NCBI GenBank assembly: GCA_040386535.1 | Contig: JAZKFH010000043.1 | Location: 23,070-87,069, forward strand | Direction: 5' to 3' | Source: Myxococcota bacterium | GTDB lineage: Bacteria > Myxococcota_A > UBA796 > SXON01 | Length of the DNA stretch: 64,000 bases | In this document: piece after piece, positions 39,009 through 47,668 of the stretch | Position numbering within the stretch: the first letter of the stretch is position 1 | Layout: each line of letters opens with the position of its first letter | The notes under the pieces: model-generated | Database searches by the model: none | Told to the model about the DNA's origin: nothing | What the model saw: only the letters and a program-made list of their open reading frames with translations | Translations under genes and position numbers: made by a program

Positions 39009-40622
39009 TCACCAGGCCGTCGCGTCGTCCCAGGGGATGTCGAAGCCGGGGACGACCCAGGCGTCCATCGACTCCGTGTCGGGTTCGGGATCCCAGAAGA
39101 GCAGGTCTTCGCGGCCGTCTCCCGTGATGTCGCTGCACGCGCCGTAGGAACCACACCACCAGTCGGTGTCTGGGAAGCGCAGGCGCCGATCTGGGAGCGG
39201 ATCTCCGGGCGCGGGGATGGTGCCGCCCCGGATGACCGATCGCTCGTTGTAGCCGCTGAGCAGCAGCTCGGACACGCCGTCGCCGTCGAGGTCGGCGGCA
39301 TGGAGCGCGTCCACGCTGGTGTCGTCGACGGGGGACACCCAGCTGCCGTGGGCGTCGGCGGCGTCGTAGCCCTCGACGAGCAGGTTCGCGGCGGAGAAGA
39401 TCCACGCGGCGGTCTCGCCGGTGTCGTGGCCCCCGTACGCGGAGAGCCCCACCTCGCCGTAGCCATCGCCGTCCCAGTCCCCGAGCGGCTCGCCGAAGGA
39501 CTTGCCTTCGAAGCTCTCCTCGCGCGACCCCAACGCAATATCCTCCACGTGCGCGCCGCAGAGGGCGCGGGCGTCGGCGCCGGAGACGATCCAAGTCTCC
39601 TGCTCCACCGTGAACCCCAGCTCCGGCAGCCCGTCGCCATCGCCGTCCCCGAGCACGCCCGCGGCCCCCGCTGTCGACACCACACCGCCGTTTCGATGTT
39701 GGATGTCACACGAGGCCGCCCAGTCGCCGCCGAAATAAATCGTGTAGTACACCTCCGTCACGACCTCGAGACCATCTCCATGACCGTCGTTGGCGGCGCC
39801 GATGTCTGCGGCGCCGTCGCCATCCACGTCGACGCCGGTCCAGACGCTGCTCCACAGCCCGTTGTGGAGGACCTCCACTTCGATGGCCGCGCTCGCGGTG
39901 GTGACGCCCGCGCCGAGTGGCCCCAAGAGGTGCGCGATCGAGCCCTGGTAGGCGGTCCCCATCAGGGAGAGATCGTCGGCGCCGTCGCCATCGACGTCGC
40001 CGGTGTCGAGAAGGGTGGCGAACGTGGTCAGGTCGTAGACGGCCGCGTAGGCCTCGGCGGGGTCACCTGACCAGGACGAAGTTGGGAGTGCGCCCCCGGG
40101 GTACACCAGCAGGGTGTTGTGCGCGCGGCCGTCGATGCGCTCCCGGTACACCAGCTCCACGTCGCCAATGCCGTCGCCGGTGAGGTCGCCCACGCCGGCG
40201 ATCGCGATGATCGGGGCCCCGTCCAGCAGCTGAACGCCGGTCCGAGCGAAGTCGACGAGCTCTCCGCACACGCCGACCGCCAGCGGGTCGCCGTCGCAGT
40301 CCTGATCGACGTCGTCGCAGGCCTCGGGGGCGCCGGGGAACACGTCTGGATTCGTGTCATCGCAGTCGTCGCCGCCGTGTTCGATGGCGTTGAAGCCGTC
40401 GGCGTCGGCGTCGGGCGAGGTGTCGGTGTCGGTGTCGGTGTCGGGCGAGGTATCGGTGTCGGTGTCCGCGGAGGTGTCGGTGTCGATGTCCGCGGAGGTG
40501 TCGGTGTCGATGTCCGCGGAATCGTGGGTCTCCGCGGTGTCGGGCGCCGAGGTGTCACCATCGCCCGCGGTGTCGGGGGACGGGCCGGGCGGACCGCTGC
40601 AGGCGAGGAGTGCGAGGAGCAT
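39009..40622 (-). CDS. Lipoprotein with DT repeats, MopE-like metal-binding motif and FG-GAP-like repeats
   Basis: MLLALLAC; DADADGF...DCDD...PGAPEACDDVDQDCDG; several GDxxGDGxxD loops. Confidence 0.88.
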   Translation of the reverse strand: MLLALLACSGPPGPSPDTAGDGDTSAPDTAETHDSADIDTDTSADIDTDTSADTDTDTSPDTDTDTDTSPDADADGFNAIEHGGDDCDDTNPDVFPGAPEACDDVDQDCDGDPLAVGVCGELVDFARTGVQLLDGAPIIAIAGVGDLTGDGIGDVELVYRERIDGRAHNTLLVYPGGALPTSSWSGDPAEAYAAVYDLTTFATLLDTGDVDGDGADDLSLMGTAYQGSIAHLLGPLGAGVTTASAAIEVEVLHNGLWSSVWTGVDVDGDGAADIGAANDGHGDGLEVVTEVYYTIYFGGDWAASCDIQHRNGGVVSTAGAAGVLGDGDGDGLPELGFTVEQETWIVSGADARALCGAHVEDIALGSREESFEGKSFGEPLGDWDGDGYGEVGLSAYGGHDTGETAAWIFSAANLLVEGYDAADAHGSWVSPVDDTSVDALHAADLDGDGVSELLLSGYNERSVIRGGTIPAPGDPLPDRRLRFPDTDWWCGSYGACSDITGDGREDLLFWDPEPDTESMDAWVVPGFDIPWDDATAW

Positions 40623-40920
40623 GCCGACAGAGTAGTCGGGGCGCGAAGGATCCGCATCGCCATTTCCTTCTTTGTCGGCTCGCAACCAGCTGCTCGAAGT
40701 TGCGGCGCCCGGCCGACCGTGCGCCTACGCAAACGATCATGGGCCGCCCGAGCGCGCCGGTGCAGCCTGTCGGATTGGGGCAGGAGATCCGTGTCGACAT
40801 CGGGGGGCTCGACGGTGCCTGATGGACACACCCGAACACATCACTCGTTATGCGGACATATTTTGGCTCATACCCTCAATTCCACCCTTCCGCCCGAGAC
40901 GCTGCCGGTTAGGTGACCGT

Positions 40921-42429
40921 ATGTTCGCCGGCAGTGTCATTGCGCAGGGTTCGTTCCCGCCGTTCGTGGGCGGAGGCATCCCGCGCCTGCTCACGTCCGC
41001 CTGGGCGGAGCGCGACGCCATCCGCTCCCGGCTCCGCGTGCTCGCGACTGCCACGCCCGCGCTGGATCTCCGGCTGGCGCGCGTGCTGGCCTGGCTCCGC
41101 GCCCAGGATCTTGCGCCGCTCGGCTATCCAGGGTGGCTGGCCTTCACGCGGGAACACGTGGGATGGGGAGAGGCGTGGATCCGGAGCCTGGTGCGGCTCG
41201 TCCGGAGCGGGTTGGGAGAGGTGCTGCGGGCGGCCTGCGAGGGGCGCGTGCCGCTCCCGGTGGCGGTGACCGCGCCGTCGACATGTGCGCCCACCGATCA
41301 GGCGGCCTGGGTCGCCGCGGCCGAGGTGGGCGCGCAGCCGAAACGCAGCCGCCCGCCCTCGGGCGCATCCTTCACCATCGAGCCCGACCAGGCGGACAGC
41401 CTGCGGATCTGGCACGCACGGCAAAAGGCCCGGCTGCTCGAGGGGCTTCCCCTCACCGACCGGGAGGCGGACGAGCGGATGCTCGCCTGGTGGCGCGCGG
41501 ATCGGCCGGAGGAGCTGATCGCACGCGCGCTGGCACCCGCCCCGGCTCCGCCTGCGGCGCCTGGAGACGGCGCGCCGGAGTGGTCGTTCGCCGACCCGGC
41601 GGACCCCCTGGTGGGGCCCTGGCGCACGCCGACCGGTCTCGCGGACGCGATGGAGCTGCTCGCCGCGGTCCAGGCGGCACGGCGTGGCCGCGTGATCGAG
41701 CTCGGGCGCCTCTACGAACAGGTGGTGCGCCAGGGGTGGTACCGGTGCTGGGGCTTCCGGAACCTGGACTCGTTTTGCAAGACCATCATGCAGCGCTCGG
41801 CGCGCAGCCTCCAGCGGGACCGGGAGTTGGGCTGTGCGCTTCGTCGCCTTCCTGCGCTCCAGGATTCCAAGTTGTCGCTCGCACGCGTCTCGGCCGTCGG
41901 CCGGGTGGCGAACGAGGACGACGTGGAGCGGTGGCTCGCCGTGGCCGAGCGCACCCCCGTCATCGAGCTGGAGCGCGCCGTGCAGCACGTGGAAGCGGGG
42001 GCCGACGGCGACGGGCTGCTCGACGCCTACGAGGCCGTGATGGCATCAACGACAGGTTCTGTCGGTCTCGCGGCCATCCAGGCGCCCGTGCCGCCCCGGC
42101 CCACCGATCGGGTCCATCCCGACCTCCCCCAGGCCGCGCGGTGGCTGCTCGCGGTCCAACTTCCTCCCCAGCGCGGGTTCGGGCGGGTCAAGGAGCGGGA
42201 CCGTTTCGTGTGCGCCAACCCCGAATGCCGCCGCCGCGCGCTGCGGAACCACGCCCACCACCTCCGGTTCCGCCAGGACGGAGGCGATGACACGTTGGAG
42301 AACGGCGCGTGCGTCTGCCCCAGCTGTCACCTCCGGCTGATCCACGCGGGACACGTGATGGTGGAGATGGTGGGGACCACGTTGGTTTGGACGTTTCCGG
42401 GGCGCGTGGTGACTGTCGTGGGGACGTGA
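40921..42429 (+). CDS. HNH endonuclease-domain protein with a long helical N-terminus
   Basis: RDRFVCANPEC...HAHH...GGDDTLENGACVCPSCH...IH; start uncertain. Confidence 0.85.
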   Translation: MFAGSVIAQGSFPPFVGGGIPRLLTSAWAERDAIRSRLRVLATATPALDLRLARVLAWLRAQDLAPLGYPGWLAFTREHVGWGEAWIRSLVRLVRSGLGEVLRAACEGRVPLPVAVTAPSTCAPTDQAAWVAAAEVGAQPKRSRPPSGASFTIEPDQADSLRIWHARQKARLLEGLPLTDREADERMLAWWRADRPEELIARALAPAPAPPAAPGDGAPEWSFADPADPLVGPWRTPTGLADAMELLAAVQAARRGRVIELGRLYEQVVRQGWYRCWGFRNLDSFCKTIMQRSARSLQRDRELGCALRRLPALQDSKLSLARVSAVGRVANEDDVERWLAVAERTPVIELERAVQHVEAGADGDGLLDAYEAVMASTTGSVGLAAIQAPVPPRPTDRVHPDLPQAARWLLAVQLPPQRGFGRVKERDRFVCANPECRRRALRNHAHHLRFRQDGGDDTLENGACVCPSCHLRLIHAGHVMVEMVGTTLVWTFPGRVVTVVGT

Positions 42430-42458
42430 GCCGAAGGGCCGCATAGACCCCAAACCCG

Positions 42459-43589
42459 ATGTCCCGCGTCCTCCTCGTCCCGGCCCCCGGCATCCCCGTC
42501 CGGGGCCCGTCCGGCGCGTCGGCCCACGTCCGCGGGATCGCCCAGGCCCTCCGCCCCACCGCCATCGTCGCCGCCCGCGCCCACGACCACCGCGGCACCT
42601 TCGGCGAAGTAGACGCCCCCATCCTCGCGACCGGCGTCCCCGGCTGGCCCGCCTGGCTCGACCACTACCGCGAATACACCGAGGTCTGGACCTCCCGCCG
42701 CGTCGCCCGCGCCGCCGCCGCCCTCGCCCCCACCCTCCTCTGGGAGCGCCACTCCCTGTTCTCCGACGCCGGCTGGAAGCTCCACGCCGCCACCGCCGCC
42801 CCCTGGATCCTCGAGGTGAACGCCCCCCCGGTCGCCGAGCGCCTCCGCTACGAGACCATCCGCCAGCGCCGCTGGGCCGAGTCCTGGGAGCGCGACGTGC
42901 TCACCGCCGCCCCGCGCGTCCTGGCCGTCAGCGCCTGGCTCGCCGACTGGCTCCGAAGCCTCGGCTGTCGCGACGTGCGCCACGTCCCCAACGGCGTGGC
43001 CCCCTACCAGGGCGATCGGGACGCCACCCGCCGCGCCCTCGGCCTCGAACACGCGCACGTCATCGGCTTTCTCGGCAGCATGAAGCCCTGGCACGGCGTC
43101 GAGCGCCTCCCCGCGCTCCTCGACGCCCTCCCGCACGCCGTCGGCCTGCTCGTCGGCGACGGCCCCGTCCGCGTCGAGCACCCCCGCCTCCTCCGTACAG
43201 GCCACGTCTCCGAGGCCCGCGTGGCCGACCTCGTCGCCGCCATGGACGTGGGCCTCGCCCCCTACGGCCCCGACGCCCCCCCCTGGTTCTGCCCCCTCAA
43301 GATCCTCGCCTACCGCGCCCAGGGCACCCCCGTGGTCGCCACCGACCTCGGCGACGCCCGCCTCCTCGTCGGCACGGCAGGAACGATCGTCGCCCCCACC
43401 GACCCCCTCGTCGACGCCGTGCGCGCCTGGCAGGGCCGGCGCACCACCCCCTGGATCCGCACCTGGGACGACGTGGTCGCCGAGGGCCTCGCCGAGGGCC
43501 TCGCCGACCCGCCGGCCGACCCGCCCGCCGACGCGCCCACACGCGCCGCGCCCTTACCCGGCACGCCCGCGATCGGAGCCGCGGGTTAG
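42459..43589 (+). CDS. Glycosyltransferase family 4
   Basis: GASAHV, LEVNAP, GFLGSMKPWHG, CPLKILAY. Confidence 0.9.
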   Translation: MSRVLLVPAPGIPVRGPSGASAHVRGIAQALRPTAIVAARAHDHRGTFGEVDAPILATGVPGWPAWLDHYREYTEVWTSRRVARAAAALAPTLLWERHSLFSDAGWKLHAATAAPWILEVNAPPVAERLRYETIRQRRWAESWERDVLTAAPRVLAVSAWLADWLRSLGCRDVRHVPNGVAPYQGDRDATRRALGLEHAHVIGFLGSMKPWHGVERLPALLDALPHAVGLLVGDGPVRVEHPRLLRTGHVSEARVADLVAAMDVGLAPYGPDAPPWFCPLKILAYRAQGTPVVATDLGDARLLVGTAGTIVAPTDPLVDAVRAWQGRRTTPWIRTWDDVVAEGLAEGLADPPADPPADAPTRAAPLPGTPAIGAAG

Positions 43590-43597
43590 CTACGGGG

Positions 43598-43885
43598 ATG
43601 CTCCTCGTTCTCCTGATGGGCTGCTCCGTCTACGACAAGCTCTTCGATCTGCTCGAAGAGCCTCCGGAATCCCCGTGCGCGACCCGCGCGGCGTGGTGGG
43701 AGGACGTGGATGGGGACGGCGCCGGGAACCCCGCCGAGGTGTGGGTGAGCTGCGACCAGCCGGCCGGCTGGGTGGCGGTCGCGGGCGATTGCGACGATGC
43801 GGACGCCACCGTCACCGCCTGCGGAGACACCGGCCCCACCGACACCGCCGACACCGCAGACACCTCCACCCCCCCTGCCATGTGA
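43598..43885 (+). CDS. Small lipoprotein with a MopE-like motif
   Basis: MLLVLLMGC; WWEDVDGDGAG...CDQPAGWV...GDCDD. Confidence 0.8.
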   Translation: MLLVLLMGCSVYDKLFDLLEEPPESPCATRAAWWEDVDGDGAGNPAEVWVSCDQPAGWVAVAGDCDDADATVTACGDTGPTDTADTADTSTPPAM

Positions 43886-46515
43886 CCCGGCACGACCCCG
43901 TGGATGAGAGCCCCCGCCCCACCCCGCCCCACGCCTGGCCCCTCGTGGACGCCACCGCTCCCGAGTCGTTCCGCTCGGGCATGCTCCCCTCGTTCGGCGC
44001 CCCCTTCTTCCTGCTCGGCCTGCCGCTCTTCTTCCGCACCCTCCGCATGGAGGATCACTCCGCCGAGCGCATCCGCCGTGCCGCCGAGCGTGGCCCCGTC
44101 GTCTACGTCCTCCACACACGCTCCGTGGTCGACTGGCTCGCGCTCAACCGCGTCCTGGTCGCCCACGGCCTGCCGCTCCCGGTGTTCACCAACGGCGTCG
44201 AGTCCACGTTCTGGATGCCGCTCGCCGACCAGTGGCGCGCGCTGACCCGCCGCTTCCGCGGCGAGACCCCCGCGTTCGACCCGATGAGCAGCGGCTGGCT
44301 GGCCGACTGCATCGCGAGCGGCCGCCCCACGTGCCTGTTCCTCCAGCCCCAGCGCGATCTGGTCGATCTCGTCGTCAAGCGGGACGAACCCGACCCCATC
44401 GCCGCCCTGCTCGAGGCCCAGGCCCGCACCGACCGCCCCGTCCAGGTCATCCCGATCGTCGTCATCGCCAACCGCTCGCCCGAGCCTGCCCAGCGCGAGG
44501 TCGGCAGCTTCCTCATCGGCCTCGAGGACATCCCGGGCTCGCTCGGCAAGCTCGCCGCGATCGCCACCCAGGGCACCGCGCTGGTCCAGGCCGGCGAGGC
44601 GATCCCGCTCGCCGACTACGTCGCCCGCTACCAGGACGAACCGCACGCGCGCCGCCTCAAGATGCTCCGCCTCGCGCTCCGCCGCTGGCTCTACCGCGAG
44701 GCCCGCGTCGTCCGCGGCCCCCGCGCCCGCCCCTACGGCCACGTGCGCCGCGTCGTCCTCTCGAGCCGCGAGCTGACCGAGCTGGTCCCGCGCGAGTCCG
44801 CCGCCACCGGCCGCTCCCCCGACAAGATCCGGGCCGAGATCGCCAAACAATACGACAAGATCGCCGCCAGCTTCAGCTTCCCCATGGTCCGGCTCTCCGC
44901 CGCCATGTGCAAGCTCATCTGGTACCGCATCTTCTCCGGCATCGACGTGCGCGAGGAGGATCTCGACCGCATCCGCGAGGCCCTCCGCAAGGGCACGCCC
45001 ATCCTCGTGCCCTGCCACCGCTCCCACCTCGACTACCTGCTGATCTCCAGCCTGCTGTTCGAGCGCGACATCGTCATCCCGCACATCGTCGCGGGCGACA
45101 ACCTCTCGTTCTGGCCGCTCGGCGCCGTCTTCCGGCGGTGCGGCGCGTTCTTCATCCGCCGCTCCTTCTCGGGCGATCGCGTGTTTCCCGTCGTGTTCGC
45201 GCGCTACCTCAAGGAGCTCGTGCACATGGAGGTGCCGGTCGAGTTCTTCATCGAGGGCGGGCGCTCACGCACCGGCAAGCTCCTGCCCCCCAAGGTGGGC
45301 GTGTTCGGCATGCTGATGGATGCCGCCGCGTCCGTCACCCGCGCCGACCGCGAGGTCAGCTTCCTCCCCATCTACATCGGCTACGAGCAGATCGCGGAGG
45401 AGCGCGCGTACGCCCGCGAGCTGTCGGGCGCGCACAAGGAGAAGGAGAGCGTGCAGCAGGTGGTCAAGGCCACCGGCGTGCTCAAGAACCGGTACGGCAA
45501 GGTGTACCTGCGGGTCGGCGAGGCCCTCACCGCGCGCGAGATCGCCGCCGGCGACGACTGGGCGAAGCTCTCCAAGGACCGCCGCCACGAGCTCCTCCTC
45601 GCCGGCGGCGAGCGCCTCCTCCACCGCATCAACACCGAGGCCGTCGCGCTCCCCACCGCGATCGTGGCCCTCGCCATCCTCTCGCACGCCCGCCGCGGCC
45701 TCCGCCACGCGGAGCTCAAGGCCCGCGTCGAGCGGCTCCGCGCCTTCCTCGCCGCCGCCAATGTGCAGGAGGGCGGCGGCATGAGCCACGTGGACGGCAT
45801 CATCGACGAGGCCCTCGGCCGCTTCGTGGGCGGCCGCATGCTGACGGGGCTGGAGGAGGAGCACGGCCGTGTCTACTCGATCGTGCCGGAGCGCCGCGTC
45901 ACGTTGGAGTACTACAAGAACACCGTGCTGCACGCGTTCGCGCCGGCGGCCTTCTACGCCGGGGCCGTGCGCGCCCTCGGCACCACGACCGGCTCCACCG
46001 ACCAGGTCGATCGCGCCGCCGTCTCCCGCCTCTTCCGCCTCCAGCAGTTCCTCCTGCGGTACGAGTTCGTGCTCGACCCCGACGCGAACGAGGACACGCT
46101 CGAGGCCCGCGCGATCGTCGGCCTCACCGCTTACGGTGCGCTCGCCACCACGGACGGCGTGCTCTCCGTGGCCGATCGCGGCCGCGTCGGCGAGATCGCC
46201 AACCTCGTCGCCAACTTCCTCGAGTCGTACCTGCTCGTCCTGCGCGCCGCGCGGAACGCCAAGGGCCCCATCGCCGCGAAGGACCTCTCGCGCGACGCGC
46301 TCACCTTCGGCAAGACCCTGCTCGCGGTCGACGAGATCACCCGCCCCGAGGCGCTCAACCTCGTGAACCTCGAGAACGCCGTGCGCGCCTTCGCCGAGGA
46401 CGGCGTGCTCCGCCGCCTCGCGGACGGCCGGCTCGAGCTCGTGCCCGACCTCGCCACCCCCTACGCCGAGTCCCTCGGGCAGCTCCTCGGCGTCGACCTG
46501 GCCACCGGTTCGTGA
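43882..46515 (+). CDS. plsB: Glycerol-3-phosphate acyltransferase (PlsB-like)
   Basis: HRSHLD, GAFFIRRSF, FFIEGGRSRTGK; start uncertain (GTGA overlap at 43882 chosen). Confidence 0.9.
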   Translation: MTRHDPVDESPRPTPPHAWPLVDATAPESFRSGMLPSFGAPFFLLGLPLFFRTLRMEDHSAERIRRAAERGPVVYVLHTRSVVDWLALNRVLVAHGLPLPVFTNGVESTFWMPLADQWRALTRRFRGETPAFDPMSSGWLADCIASGRPTCLFLQPQRDLVDLVVKRDEPDPIAALLEAQARTDRPVQVIPIVVIANRSPEPAQREVGSFLIGLEDIPGSLGKLAAIATQGTALVQAGEAIPLADYVARYQDEPHARRLKMLRLALRRWLYREARVVRGPRARPYGHVRRVVLSSRELTELVPRESAATGRSPDKIRAEIAKQYDKIAASFSFPMVRLSAAMCKLIWYRIFSGIDVREEDLDRIREALRKGTPILVPCHRSHLDYLLISSLLFERDIVIPHIVAGDNLSFWPLGAVFRRCGAFFIRRSFSGDRVFPVVFARYLKELVHMEVPVEFFIEGGRSRTGKLLPPKVGVFGMLMDAAASVTRADREVSFLPIYIGYEQIAEERAYARELSGAHKEKESVQQVVKATGVLKNRYGKVYLRVGEALTAREIAAGDDWAKLSKDRRHELLLAGGERLLHRINTEAVALPTAIVALAILSHARRGLRHAELKARVERLRAFLAAANVQEGGGMSHVDGIIDEALGRFVGGRMLTGLEEEHGRVYSIVPERRVTLEYYKNTVLHAFAPAAFYAGAVRALGTTTGSTDQVDRAAVSRLFRLQQFLLRYEFVLDPDANEDTLEARAIVGLTAYGALATTDGVLSVADRGRVGEIANLVANFLESYLLVLRAARNAKGPIAAKDLSRDALTFGKTLLAVDEITRPEALNLVNLENAVRAFAEDGVLRRLADGRLELVPDLATPYAESLGQLLGVDLATGS

Positions 46516-46904
46516 GCGGCGTCGACGATCTGTTCGCCCCCGAGGCGCCGCCTCCCGCGCCTCCGCCCGACCGCCTCCGTCGCATCAGCCTGCTGCTCGG
46601 CGTCGCCCTCCCGCTCAACCTGCTCGGCTTCCTCTGCTTCACCGGCGTGCCGGGCGCGGTGATGGCGCTCGTCGGCTGGCAACTGGCCGACGAAGAGGTC
46701 GCCCGCGTCGAGAGCGGCGCCCTCCCCGAGCAAGCGCGCCCCCGCGCCCAACGCCTGCGCTCGTTCGCGTTCGTGCAGATGTTGATCGCGCTGTTCTCGC
46801 TGCTCCTCCAGATCGTGCTGTTCGGCTACGGCTTCTACGATGAGCTGCTCAACGTCGTCCTGGGGTTCACGGGCGTCCTCCCGCCGGCGCCTCCGACCCC
46901 CTGA
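46512..46904 (+). CDS. Small membrane protein
   Basis: GTGA overlap with plsB; 2-3 TM helices. Confidence 0.75.
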   Translation: MSGVDDLFAPEAPPPAPPPDRLRRISLLLGVALPLNLLGFLCFTGVPGAVMALVGWQLADEEVARVESGALPEQARPRAQRLRSFAFVQMLIALFSLLLQIVLFGYGFYDELLNVVLGFTGVLPPAPPTP

Positions 46905-47107
46905 ACGCGGATTCGCTGACTCGACACCTGGGGGCGCCCCCGGCCGAGCCGGGGTCGGCACCTTCCGGGCTCGCCCCAAGGGGCTCGGTCGGACCGCGCG
47001 CGGCGCACGGTCCGGACCGGCCGCGCCCGAGCGCGCGTCCGCCCTCCAGTCGCCTCGCCCACTCCGCGACGACCCCGACGGCAAACTCTGTCGCTCGGAG
47101 TCTGGCC

Positions 47108-47611
47108 CTACGGCGTGAGCCCCACCCGCCGCCGCGCCTCCACGCAGCTCTGCCCACCCGCGGGAAAGTCCCGGCACGTGCGCGGCCGGTCGGCGTAGAC
47201 GACGCAGTGGTAGTCCCCGGCCCCGGAATCCCCGGCGCCTCCCGCAAGGCACGCGCACCGCGGCCCGCGCCGGGTCACCTCGAGCCGCCCGTCGTCTTTC
47301 ATGTTCACACGGTCGGGGTGCAGGCGCACGAACGGGTCGCGCGGGCCCACCTCGACGCTGTGGTAGGCCTCGCGGCAGCAGGCGCCGCAGGTCAGGCAGT
47401 CGACCGCGGGGGTGAACGCGGGGCACGCGGGCCAGCGCACGTCCACCGGCTCGGCGCGGTGCCGCCGGCAGCGGTCCACCGCCTTCCCGCGCCCCCCCAC
47501 GAAGTGCCACACACAGCCGACGCACCGCTCCCCGGCAGCGCCGTCGGGCCCCGGTGCCGGCCACAGCGGATTGAGCTCGGGGACGGGGGTGTCGCGCCAG
47601 GAGGAGGGCAT
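47108..47611 (-). CDS. YkgJ-like CxxCxxCC (Zn/Fe-S) protein
   Basis: CLTCGACC...CACL...CVVYADRPRTCRDF, plus an extra N-terminal Cys cluster. Confidence 0.85.
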   Translation of the reverse strand: MPSSWRDTPVPELNPLWPAPGPDGAAGERCVGCVWHFVGGRGKAVDRCRRHRAEPVDVRWPACPAFTPAVDCLTCGACCREAYHSVEVGPRDPFVRLHPDRVNMKDDGRLEVTRRGPRCACLAGGAGDSGAGDYHCVVYADRPRTCRDFPAGGQSCVEARRRVGLTP

Positions 47612-47668
47612 CGCGGGCGGCCCCTATCCTGGCCGCCCGTCGAACGCGCCGCGCTATCCTGGCCCCGC

